DNA of 38,040 bases from the IMG/VR virus record IMGVR_UViG_3300044849_000009, positions 1-38,040 of that record. One strand, given 5' to 3'. Positions 1 to 8,113 of the stretch are shown piece by piece. Numbering within the stretch: position 1 is the stretch's first letter; each line of letters begins with the position of its first letter. The stretch is from a virus. Lineage: Duplodnaviria; Caudoviricetes. A program made the position numbers and the translations under genes. The notes under the pieces were generated by a model. It was not told where the DNA came from, ran no database searches, and saw only the letters and a list, made by a program, of their open reading frames with translations.

Positions 1-127
1 ATAAGCTTGAAGCAGCCCAAAAAGAATACAACAAAGCAAACGCCGCAGTTCACTTCGCTCTCAAGGAACGCGAAGATCTTATTGGCTCTATCGAAGATTT
101 ACGCGCCACCCTTGCCCCATATCTGAG
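1..127. repeat. Terminal direct repeat, left copy (identical to 37914-38040); circular assembly overlap
   Basis: Exact 127-nt identity with the window end. An ORF starting at 37787 reads through the junction to a stop at 132-134. Confidence 0.97.
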
Positions 128-136
128 TAACTAACC

Positions 137-2488
137 ATGCAACCAACCGCACTCCTAGAGACCGCGCTCGCTGTAGTGCGGTCTGGTATTTCTATCATTC
201 CAGTGGCGACCGATAAAAACCCACGCTTCGACCTGTTGCCACCCAAAGACCAACACAGCAGCACATGGAAGCCGTACCGCGAACGCCTGCCAACACAAAC
301 CGAGGTCGAATACTGGCACCAACACGGCGCACAATTCGCCATGGTCTGCGGCGCGTTAGGCGACTTGATCGCAATCGACTTTGACGACGCAACGTTTTAC
401 GACCGCTTCATGCAAATCGCCGACGTTGGCGGCTGCGTGATTCAACGCAGCGGTGGCCGTGGCTATCACTTGCTGTTCAGAACGAAACTGCACGTCAAGC
501 CCGAGGGCCTCGCCTACGTGCCCGCCGACAACGCCGCCAAGCGTTCAGTCGTGATTGAGACCCGTGGCGTTGGCAACGTGATCGGCATGGCCCCAAGCCT
601 GCACCACAGTGGCCGCTATTACGAGGTCATCAGCGGCGACCTTGGTACCATCCCCTACGTTGACGATACAACCATACAAACGCTGCTGGCAACCGCACGC
701 GCCATGACCGAGGTTGAAGTGCCCGTATTTCAGCCGTCGCCCCGCGTACAGCGTCCGTACCTGAATGGCGATGCCAGCGTGATCGACACGTTCAATCAAC
801 GCTACAGCATTCGCGACGAACTTGAAGCCGCTGGCTACGTGCCCCGCACCGCACGCGGCTACATTCGCCCAGGTGGCAGCAACCCCACGATTGAAGTGTA
901 CGACGACAGCAACACGGCCTACCACTTCAATACGAACGATCCGCTGTTTGGTGCAACTGACCCGTTCAAGGTCTGGATGTACGCACGCGGGTATCACGAT
1001 TTCACCAGTGCAGTACGAGAGGCGGCAAGTTTGATGGACATGAAGCCCACGCCCAAGCCGTCGATGACCCCGCCGATCAATGCCACAGTCCAGCACTCGC
1101 ACGTTCGCGACGTGTTTCACCCGATTCTCACCAGCGCACCCATGACCGATCTTGGCAACGCTGAATGCCTCGAAGCCTTGCACGGCGACCAGTTGCGCTA
1201 CTGTCGTGACGGTCGCGGCTGGCTTACGTGGTCAGGGCATCATTGGAAACAAGATCGCGATGTTGAGGCGGGTCAAATCTACTGGTCAATGATGCGCGAG
1301 CGCCAACAGGCGGCCAGCACCATCGCTGACACCAAACGCGCTACTAGCCTGTTTGAGTGGTCAAAGAAGCGCGGCGAAAATAATAACGGCATCAAAGCCG
1401 GATTGGAAGTCGCAAAAATGCTGCCACGCTTCAACACCAGCATTATTGAGTACGATACCAGCCCATGGCTGTTAGGCGTGCAAAACGGCGTGATTGACTT
1501 ACAAACGCAGACCTGCCGCCCAGGACAGCAAGACGACATGATCACGATGCAAGCCAATGTTCATTATGATCCTAATGCAACGTGTCCCGCGTGGCGGCAA
1601 TTCCTAATCGATATCTTCAACAACGACCAAGAACTCATTAAGTACATTCAGCGCGTCGTTGGCTACTGCTTGACTGGCAGCACCAAGGAACAAAAAATGT
1701 TCCTGTTGTTTGGCGGTGGCGCAAACGGTAAATCAACGTTCATTTCAACCCTGAGCTACATGCTGGGCGACTATGCCAAAGAAGCCCACAGCCCGATGCT
1801 TGACGCGCATCGCTCTGGCGACCAGACCAACGACCTTGCCATGCTGCGCAGCGTGCGGTTTGTGACCATTGTCGAAACTGAATCCGACAAGCGCCTTGAC
1901 GAACCGCGTGTCAAACACTTGACGGGTGGCGACATGATTACCTGTCGATTTTTGAAGCGTGAGTTTTTCAGCTATCGGCCCAACTTCAAAATCATGATGG
2001 CGACCAACTACCTGCCAGCGATTCGCAACATGGATGTAGGCATCTGGCGACGGCTTGAAGCGATCCCGTTTACGCAGAGCTTTGAGCATCGTATGGATAA
2101 AACCTTAGACCAGCGCTTGCTCACAGAAACATCCGGCATCCTGAATTGGGCGCTTGACGGCTTGCGTGACTGGTTAGCGCATGGCCTTGGCAGTTGTGAA
2201 GCCGTCGAGAGGGCTAAGAAAAACTACCGTGGTGCATCGGACGTGATCGGCCAGTTCTTAGACGAGAAATACATCATTACCGACAATGATAATGATGATA
2301 TTCCGGCTAAGGCGTTCTACTACGAGTTTGAACAATGGGCCAAGGCACGCGGCGAACGGGCGATGACGAGTACCAGCTTCGGGCGCATCTTGGACAGTAA
2401 GGGCTTTCGCAGCCGTCGCAAGATCGTGCTGAACAGTAAAGTCACCGTCTACCTCGGCCTACGCGAACGCAGTACCACAGACGAATAA
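137..2488 (+). CDS. Primase-polymerase / D5-like SF3 helicase (P4-family primase)
   Basis: N-terminal Prim-Pol motifs (IAIDFDD, GRGYHLLF, APSLHHSG), D5_N-like region (TDLGNAE, LLGVQNGVIDL), Walker A GGGANGKST, VKHLTGGD, IWRRL, C-terminal wHTH-like region. Confidence 0.95.
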   Translation: MQPTALLETALAVVRSGISIIPVATDKNPRFDLLPPKDQHSSTWKPYRERLPTQTEVEYWHQHGAQFAMVCGALGDLIAIDFDDATFYDRFMQIADVGGCVIQRSGGRGYHLLFRTKLHVKPEGLAYVPADNAAKRSVVIETRGVGNVIGMAPSLHHSGRYYEVISGDLGTIPYVDDTTIQTLLATARAMTEVEVPVFQPSPRVQRPYLNGDASVIDTFNQRYSIRDELEAAGYVPRTARGYIRPGGSNPTIEVYDDSNTAYHFNTNDPLFGATDPFKVWMYARGYHDFTSAVREAASLMDMKPTPKPSMTPPINATVQHSHVRDVFHPILTSAPMTDLGNAECLEALHGDQLRYCRDGRGWLTWSGHHWKQDRDVEAGQIYWSMMRERQQAASTIADTKRATSLFEWSKKRGENNNGIKAGLEVAKMLPRFNTSIIEYDTSPWLLGVQNGVIDLQTQTCRPGQQDDMITMQANVHYDPNATCPAWRQFLIDIFNNDQELIKYIQRVVGYCLTGSTKEQKMFLLFGGGANGKSTFISTLSYMLGDYAKEAHSPMLDAHRSGDQTNDLAMLRSVRFVTIVETESDKRLDEPRVKHLTGGDMITCRFLKREFFSYRPNFKIMMATNYLPAIRNMDVGIWRRLEAIPFTQSFEHRMDKTLDQRLLTETSGILNWALDGLRDWLAHGLGSCEAVERAKKNYRGASDVIGQFLDEKYIITDNDNDDIPAKAFYYEFEQWAKARGERAMTSTSFGRILDSKGFRSRRKIVLNSKVTVYLGLRERSTTDE

Positions 2489-2511
2489 CCACCAATCGAC
2501 ACTCAACCAAC

Positions 2512-2533
2512 ACCGCCCACGGGCGGTTTTTTT
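2512..2533 (+). terminator. Intrinsic terminator after primase-helicase
   Basis: ACCGCC-CACG-GGCGGT followed by a T run. Confidence 0.8.
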
Positions 2534-2547
2534 CTTGCGAGGAGTTT

Positions 2548-2733
2548 ATGCCTGAACACGACCTGACCGCAGATCCCAAACTACAAGACTGGCTACGGCG
2601 CGGCGCTGACCACATCGAAGCGAATACCTGCCCGCACTGTGGCAGCAAAGCCCTCGCCCAAGTCAACCAAACCGTGAAATGCTGCAACTGTGGCAAACAA
2701 TGGCAGGTGGGCGATGCGACGCTACCAGCCTAG
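2548..2733 (+). CDS. Small zinc-ribbon protein
   Basis: GAGGAG RBS; CPHC...CCNC motifs. Confidence 0.7.
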   Translation: MPEHDLTADPKLQDWLRRGADHIEANTCPHCGSKALAQVNQTVKCCNCGKQWQVGDATLPA

Positions 2734-3292
2734 CCTGCTTCAGCGGAAGCCCTACCAACGCTACACACCAGAGCAGATTGACTATATCCATACCGCCGCT
2801 GCGAGTGGCGTACCGATGCAGACCATTACCAAGAAACTTAAGACATCACACATTAGCGTGCGCGTCATCATGCACCGTCACGGCATGAGTATCAAGCATG
2901 TCCGCAACACACACACCATGACTGCTAGCGAGCTACGGCGCTACCTTGGCATTTCCTACGAGGCGACAGTAGCAATGATCAAGGCGTGCGGTATCACGAA
3001 AACGACAGGCAAGTATTGCCACCATTGGCTCACCACTGATCAGGTTACACAGGTTCTGCGTGATCAGCGGTTCTGGTGGCGCTGGCGGCTGGAATGGATC
3101 AGCCTTGACTGGCTCCGCGAACTAGCCGAGACAATTCGCAGCGAACCAACAACAGGCCAGTGGCTGCCAACACTTGAAGCCGCGCAGCATTACGGTATCA
3201 GCCGTCGAGCAATCGTGCATCGCATCGCTGCCAACGCACTGCAAGCGCAACGTATCGGCAATATGTACATTGTCTGGTGTCCCAAGGAGTAA
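2714..3292 (+). CDS. Multi-HTH DNA-binding protein (C-terminal excisionase/MerR-like HTH)
   Basis: HTH-like segments (MQTITKKLKTSHISVR, ASELRRYLGIS, WLPTLEAAQHYGISRRAI). Start chosen at ATG 2714 after AGGTGG. Confidence 0.7.
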   Translation: MRRYQPSLLQRKPYQRYTPEQIDYIHTAAASGVPMQTITKKLKTSHISVRVIMHRHGMSIKHVRNTHTMTASELRRYLGISYEATVAMIKACGITKTTGKYCHHWLTTDQVTQVLRDQRFWWRWRLEWISLDWLRELAETIRSEPTTGQWLPTLEAAQHYGISRRAIVHRIAANALQAQRIGNMYIVWCPKE

Positions 3293-3294
3293 CC

Positions 3295-3507
3295 ATGTAT
3301 CGTATCAAACTCACCCAAGGCGACCGCGTACGGTATGCCGATAAACACCAAAACTTGGTCATCAAATCACTAGCACACCCGTGGCAGTATCAAGTAGCCG
3401 CTAAGCAGATCGCCGCCACGATGCAACGCCACAACCCAAGCTACACCGTCGAGGTCGAGCCGATTCCCACTGATGAACTGCATCACTCCGAGGCTAGTCA
3501 TGGGTAG
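3295..3507 (+). CDS. Hypothetical protein
   Basis: AAGGAG RBS before ATG 3295; packed in the operon. Confidence 0.7.
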   Translation: MYRIKLTQGDRVRYADKHQNLVIKSLAHPWQYQVAAKQIAATMQRHNPSYTVEVEPIPTDELHHSEASHG

Positions 3508-3775
3508 ACGACCAAAGCCGCGTGGGCTTGGCTTAGGCCAATGGGTGCGCTTCAGATATATCGTGTCGCAGCGCCGCACCGCAGACGGTAAACCCACGCG
3601 GCAGGATATGGGTAAGATTCGCAAGGGCATGATTATCAGTCGGCGCAACGTCTACGATCAAGTGCCAACCAACCCGCCAACGCTGACGAATCCGCAGCCC
3701 GTGATCATTGTTGCCGTGTCGCTGTACCGTAGTTATCGGGTATTCGTTGACGATGTAATGGAAGAAAAGTGGTAA
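3500..3775 (+). CDS. Hypothetical basic protein
   Basis: GAGG RBS before ATG 3500; overlaps the upstream stop. Confidence 0.65.
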   Translation: MGRRPKPRGLGLGQWVRFRYIVSQRRTADGKPTRQDMGKIRKGMIISRRNVYDQVPTNPPTLTNPQPVIIVAVSLYRSYRVFVDDVMEEKW

Positions 3776-3794
3776 TACATGAGTGAGGAAAGTT

Positions 3795-4226
3795 ATGCAC
3801 GATGTTTCTGATACTGAATTTTTCACCATCATCGACCCCGCCAACAGCCGCCAAACAACCCCACGCAGCCCATATCGTAACCAAGCCAAGCCCAAGCCGA
3901 AGCGTACACCAGAGACCAAGCTGCAACACAAGATCATCAAATGGTTAGAGGAGCATGGCGCGATTGTCCTACGCACTAACAGCGGCGTGTTTACGGGTGA
4001 ATCAGGTAACCGCGTGCAAGGCGGTTGGGCTGGTGTCAGCGACTTGAACATCTGTTGGCGCGGCAAGTTCGTGGCGATTGAAATCAAGGTCGAAGGTCGT
4101 CAACCAACTGCCATGCAAGAGCGCTACATTAACCGCGTCAACGCAGCAGGCGGCTTGGCCTTCGTGGCGCGGTCAGTCGAGGACGTGAAGCGGCAGTTAC
4201 TGGAGCTTGATCGATGTACCGCGTAG
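3795..4226 (+). CDS. VRR-NUC domain nuclease (probable Holliday junction resolvase)
   Basis: ETKLQ..I, GVSDL, FVAIEIK, Q-T-MQ and GGLAFVARS: the PD-(D/E)xK VRR-NUC pattern. Confidence 0.9.
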   Translation: MHDVSDTEFFTIIDPANSRQTTPRSPYRNQAKPKPKRTPETKLQHKIIKWLEEHGAIVLRTNSGVFTGESGNRVQGGWAGVSDLNICWRGKFVAIEIKVEGRQPTAMQERYINRVNAAGGLAFVARSVEDVKRQLLELDRCTA

Positions 4227-4555
4227 CGAATAAGCGCACCTATCACGGCACAGGGATCTACATCGGTCGCCCTAGCGTTCTTGGCAACCCCTACGCCTAC
4301 CCTGACGTGAAATCGAAGTTCAACGCCATAGCAAGCGATAATCCCATCGAATCGTATCGCCTCTGGCTCTGGATGCAGTTGCAATTAGACAGCCCACAAC
4401 GGCGCTTGGTTGCTGAACTCGCCGCCAAGCCAGACGGGGTACTGATCTGCTGGTGTAGCCCTGCGCCGTGCCATGGCGACGTGATCGTGTGTGCGATTGA
4501 ATGGTATCGAAACGAGGTATTGAATGTACCGAAAAATGATCGTATACGACCGTAA
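4214..4555 (+). CDS. DUF4326-family protein
   Basis: IYIGRPSVLGNPY and LICWCSPAPCHGDVI motifs. Confidence 0.9.
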   Translation: MYRVANKRTYHGTGIYIGRPSVLGNPYAYPDVKSKFNAIASDNPIESYRLWLWMQLQLDSPQRRLVAELAAKPDGVLICWCSPAPCHGDVIVCAIEWYRNEVLNVPKNDRIRP

Positions 4556-4715
4556 AGCGCAAGACTTCATGTGCTACCTTGACGGCGAATACCAAACACG
4601 CAAGCCAACGTACATCGAAGCTGAGCAATTTCTAAACAAACTTGTTTATGCACTCTTGACGAAGCGAGAGGAACTAACGAATGCAGACCCGCCGCGACTC
4701 ACAACCAACCCCTAG
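4524..4715 (+). CDS. Small hypothetical protein (beta-beta-beta-alpha type)
   Basis: GAGG RBS; MYRKMIVYDRKAQDFMCYLDGEY...TYIEAEQFL resembles, from memory, small proteins of Chloroflexales. Confidence 0.75.
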   Translation: MYRKMIVYDRKAQDFMCYLDGEYQTRKPTYIEAEQFLNKLVYALLTKREELTNADPPRLTTNP

Positions 4716-4884
4716 CCCCACGAAGCCACCGCAGCAGGTGGTTTTTTTATCCCCTGACGATCCGCTGGCGCAGTTGCTCGCGCGGATCGTTACCCGTATC
4801 ATGCGAGAGACACCTAGTACGGAGAACGCAGCCCATGAAGGTCGGAATTTATGCACGGGTGAGCAGCGAAGCCCAACGCGATAA
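4681..4884 (+). CDS. Small hypothetical protein overlapping the integrase start
   Basis: GAGGA RBS before ATG 4681; amphipathic helix DPLAQLLARIVTRIMRE. It overlaps a terminator-like hairpin, so coding status is uncertain. Confidence 0.45.
   Translation: MQTRRDSQPTPSPTKPPQQVVFLSPDDPLAQLLARIVTRIMRETPSTENAAHEGRNLCTGEQRSPTR
4723..4748 (+). terminator. Intrinsic terminator upstream of the integrase
   Basis: AAGCCACC-GCAGCA-GGTGGTTT followed by TTTT. Confidence 0.65.
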
Positions 4885-6325
4885 TACCAGTATCGACACC
4901 CAGTTAGCCGATTGTCGCGCCTATGCCGTCAAACGCGGCTGGCAGGTCTACCACGAATATGTGGACGAAGCCGAGAGCGGGCGCAACGCCAAACGCCCCG
5001 CGCTGCAACAGTTGCTCAGAGATGTACAACTTCGACGGCTTGACGCGGTACTGGTCTGGAAGTTAGACCGATTAGCCCGCAACACCGCCGACGCACTCAC
5101 GATGATCGATACCAACTTCAGCCGCATCGTATTCGAGAGCGTCACCGAAAACATCGACCGTATGACCGCTGGGGGCCGCTTCAGCTTAACCGTGATGGCA
5201 GGCGCGGCGCAGTTGTACAGCGACATGCTGAGCGAGCGCGTCAGTCGTGCGCTGAAGCACAAAGCCGATTCAGGCCAGTGGGTTGGCCCTGCGCCGTTCG
5301 GTTATCGCAACAACGGACAGCGCTTGGAACCAACCGAGGACGCGCCAGCCGTGCGCACCATCTTCGCACTGTACGCGACAGGTCAGCACAGCTATACCAG
5401 CATCGCCGATCATCTGAATACTGAGCAAATCCGCTATCGCAACCGCCAAGGCCAGCTCGGTTTATTTGGTCGTGAAACCGTGCGCGGCATTCTCAACAAC
5501 GCGGCGTACATCGGCAACAGCGGCAGCATCGAAGCCACACACCAGCCGATCATCAGCGTCGAACTATGGCAGCGAGCCTGCCAGATCAGAGCGCAGCACA
5601 CGCACCAGGGCGGCAAGCCACGGCAGTATCAAGAGTCGATGCTGTTGGGCGTGGCCTACTGTGCCGAGTGCAATCAGCGCATGTGGCAGCATACCAGTCA
5701 GCGCCTCGCGCATCACAAGCGGCACCACTACCTGCGCTGCTCTGGCTTCTCAAATCGCTCATGCTTGACGAAGTTGCAGCCGTTGGCACTGTTGGAGCAG
5801 CAAACGGTGGATATGCTGAAGCTCATGGCGTTGCCTGACGAATTGCACGACCAGGTACTTGACCTGGTTGCAACACCAGCGCCAGCGCCAAAGGTCGATC
5901 CCGCAGGCATTCGCCAGACGTTGGCGCGGTATGCCGAGGTCTACGCTGAAGGCGTGATATCGAAAGACCAATACCAGCAACGCAAGGCGGCGTTAGAGGC
6001 GCAGTTGCAAGCGCAGCCCGCCACGGTCACGCCGCTAAATCTGCAACACGCCGCAGCGCTGCTACAGAATCTACCAGCCTTGATCGATGCAGCAACGCCA
6101 GACGAACGCCGTGAACTGGTCAGGCTATTGTTTGACCGCATCTGGATACAAAAACGGACAATCGTTGCTATCTCTCCAAACGAGGCGTATGCCTGTCTGT
6201 TAGACGCGATCACGATTGTCCGTGTTGGTGGGGTGGCTGAAGGGGATTATCAACGCACCCAACACAGACTACCCCCACTCTGGACTGATTTTCGACTAGC
6301 GCGGCGTAACCGCTACGCTGCATAA
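4835..6325 (+). CDS. int: Large serine recombinase (integrase)
   Basis: Catalytic YARVSS, SGR...RPAL, VWKLDRLARN, APFGY recombinase domain, zinc ribbon CAEC...C...C, coiled coil. Confidence 0.96.
   Translation: MKVGIYARVSSEAQRDNTSIDTQLADCRAYAVKRGWQVYHEYVDEAESGRNAKRPALQQLLRDVQLRRLDAVLVWKLDRLARNTADALTMIDTNFSRIVFESVTENIDRMTAGGRFSLTVMAGAAQLYSDMLSERVSRALKHKADSGQWVGPAPFGYRNNGQRLEPTEDAPAVRTIFALYATGQHSYTSIADHLNTEQIRYRNRQGQLGLFGRETVRGILNNAAYIGNSGSIEATHQPIISVELWQRACQIRAQHTHQGGKPRQYQESMLLGVAYCAECNQRMWQHTSQRLAHHKRHHYLRCSGFSNRSCLTKLQPLALLEQQTVDMLKLMALPDELHDQVLDLVATPAPAPKVDPAGIRQTLARYAEVYAEGVISKDQYQQRKAALEAQLQAQPATVTPLNLQHAAALLQNLPALIDAATPDERRELVRLLFDRIWIQKRTIVAISPNEAYACLLDAITIVRVGGVAEGDYQRTQHRLPPLWTDFRLARRNRYAA
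6218..6269. other. Putative attP inside the integrase 3' end, carrying an antisense tRNA 3'-end segment
   Basis: Imperfect inverted repeat GTCCGTGTTGG...CCAACACAGAC spanning 52 bp, centred on GG 6243-6244. The minus strand of 6229-6247 reads ATCCCCTTCAGCCACCCCA, like a tRNA-His T-stem/acceptor end with C73-CCA. Confidence 0.75.
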
Positions 6326-6335
6326 ACGAGGATTT

Positions 6336-6827
6336 ATGTTTTCATCAAAGCAATTAATCGTAGAACATACGACTCAAAAGCGCATTTATGGTACAGTTCA
6401 CAGCGAATCCGTCATAACGCGCACGGTCGTTGCTGAATTTACGCAGCGTTCAATATCACCGCCTAATGCAACACGGTGTGCAACATGCATGCTTGCATGG
6501 TGTCAAAAGCATGAAAAATCAGTACTAATGACCTTGCGAGGCGGCGATATTAGTCCCGATATGGATCTGAATACTATTTATTGCACATGCGGCAAGCATG
6601 TACACCCGCTTGCGTGGATACCACTCGCTGATGCAATGCCAGACCGCACGAATCCACGCTATATCTGGATTCGCTATAAAGACACTCACTACGGCCTATT
6701 AGAACCGGAACAATACAAGGGTTGGTGGTCATATTCATGCATGGCACTCAAGCCACAAGAACGGAAATCCGATCTAGAGGGCAATGATTGGTTACTTGAA
6801 TGGTGTAATGCGTGGTGTGAAGTATAA
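6336..6827 (+). CDS. Hypothetical protein with possible Zn ligands
   Basis: GAGG RBS; CxxC, CxxH and CxCxxH; visibly more AT-rich than its neighbours. Confidence 0.7.
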   Translation: MFSSKQLIVEHTTQKRIYGTVHSESVITRTVVAEFTQRSISPPNATRCATCMLAWCQKHEKSVLMTLRGGDISPDMDLNTIYCTCGKHVHPLAWIPLADAMPDRTNPRYIWIRYKDTHYGLLEPEQYKGWWSYSCMALKPQERKSDLEGNDWLLEWCNAWCEV

Positions 6828-6838
6828 ATATCGACTAG

Positions 6839-6870
6839 AACCGCTGGCACGGCTGGCGGTTTTGGTTTTT
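6839..6870 (+). terminator. Terminator-like hairpin
   Basis: AACCGCTGGC-ACG-GCTGGCGGTT (two G-U pairs), then a T-rich tract directly before AGGAGTT. Confidence 0.55.
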
Positions 6871-6881
6871 AGGAGTTGCTG

Positions 6882-7130
6882 ATGTACAACCCATGCCGAT
6901 TTTGTGGCTATAAACATCCTGAGACATTTCAAGGAAAAATCTTCTGCATGCAATGCGGCAACAAATCGCCTCGTGACGATTGGAATAAAGACAACCCCGA
7001 TCAAGTTGAAGCACTCAAGCGGCAACTAGCCGAATGTCACGAAGTCCTAGAAATCGTAGCATCGTTCAGCCACGTTGACGAAGGCATTCAAGAACTCGCG
7101 AAAGCCCTACTCACCAAACACCAAGCCTAA
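6882..7130 (+). CDS. Small zinc-ribbon plus coiled-coil protein (Lar-like N-terminus)
   Basis: AGGAG RBS; NPCRFCG...CMQCG...WN. Confidence 0.7.
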   Translation: MYNPCRFCGYKHPETFQGKIFCMQCGNKSPRDDWNKDNPDQVEALKRQLAECHEVLEIVASFSHVDEGIQELAKALLTKHQA

Positions 7131-7152
7131 CCACGACAGGAGCTATCAACCT

Positions 7153-8043
7153 ATGTCAAAACATTTTCGCGGCGCTATTGAATATCAATCTGTCGCACCG
7201 AATGACACCGACCGCATCACAGGCCTGCGTACCAACTTTGGCCACCTGAACAAACTTTGGATTGTGGTGAGCTTCGTCCATATGGCGATGGTTATGCTGC
7301 TCTATGGCGAATCGCTCACGGGCCTAGGGTGGTTTATCAACCTTGTCTCCACCATCATTATGGTACTCGGCATTGACCTCGCGTTGATGTGGCTGAGCAG
7401 CTACATCGAACTCCAAACCACCCACAAGCAACCCATTGGTGCATGGCCATGGACAGCCTTCGGCGTATCGCTACTGGTAGAGTTGGGTTTCAATATTGGA
7501 GCCTTGTGGAGCCATGCGCCTGCGTCACTGGGTTGGCTTGGCAAGGTCTTGGCGGTGGTCTTTGGTACCTTCGTAGCGCTGATTATTTATGTATCAGCGA
7601 CAATCCAAAGCCGCCTTGATCGCACGCGAGAGTACATCGCCACGGTGCAACGCAGCGAAGCCAAGCGCCGCGCAGACGAAGCACGACAACAAGAGCGCGA
7701 AGCCCGACAGCAAGAGCGCGAAGCCCAACAACAAAATAGGGCATTAGAAAGCCACAACGAAGCGCTACCCCCACCCAACGAAGCCACGCTGATGCCAGCC
7801 AGTAATGGCAAGTCGCGCATTGCCGCGGATGATCTCCGCGCGATTGTGCGCGTGTTGTATGAGCAGAACATCACGCAGTTGGACAATGCGGGTCAACTTC
7901 GCGAACTGTGCGGATGGAGTAGCTACTCCACCTCATCGAAGGCCCGCGACAATCTTTTGAGTGCTGGCATCCTTCGCGAAGTAGCGGGCGGAGGCTTTGT
8001 TATCGACTACGCGAAGGCTGAAACGGAGCTACGCGAAGTCTAA
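7153..8043 (+). CDS. Membrane protein: about 4 TM helices, coiled coil, C-terminal wHTH-like domain
   Basis: AGGAG RBS; four hydrophobic segments, RQQEREA repeats, ending in LRELCGWSSYSTSSKARDNLLSAGILRE...GGFVI. Confidence 0.8.
   Translation: MSKHFRGAIEYQSVAPNDTDRITGLRTNFGHLNKLWIVVSFVHMAMVMLLYGESLTGLGWFINLVSTIIMVLGIDLALMWLSSYIELQTTHKQPIGAWPWTAFGVSLLVELGFNIGALWSHAPASLGWLGKVLAVVFGTFVALIIYVSATIQSRLDRTREYIATVQRSEAKRRADEARQQEREARQQEREAQQQNRALESHNEALPPPNEATLMPASNGKSRIAADDLRAIVRVLYEQNITQLDNAGQLRELCGWSSYSTSSKARDNLLSAGILREVAGGGFVIDYAKAETELREV
7684..7725 (+). repeat. 21-bp tandem duplication (RQQEREA x2)
   Basis: CGACA(A/G)CAAGAGCGCGAAGCC twice. Confidence 0.85.
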
Positions 8044-8067
8044 ACGGCGGAGTCTTAGTGGAGTTAT

Positions 8068-8101
8068 CAACCGCGTCAACCAACGGCGCGGTTGCTGTTT
8101 T
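8068..8101 (+). terminator. Terminator-like hairpin before the C5 methyltransferase
   Basis: CAACCGCGTC-AACCAAC-GGCGCGGTTG then CTGTTTTT, directly followed by AGGAGTT. Confidence 0.55.
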
Positions 8102-8113
8102 AGGAGTTGACGA

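Noticed and set aside
1-127. 127-bp end repeat as a biological terminal repeat
   Set aside because: It lies mid-ORF and its length equals a common assembler k-mer, so it is best read as circular overlap.
545-1183. 212-aa minus-strand ORF inside the primase gene
   Set aside because: Antisense shadow with no motif.
6229-6247. tRNA gene
   Set aside because: Only a 3'-end fragment is present, with no D or anticodon arm; interpreted as part of attP.
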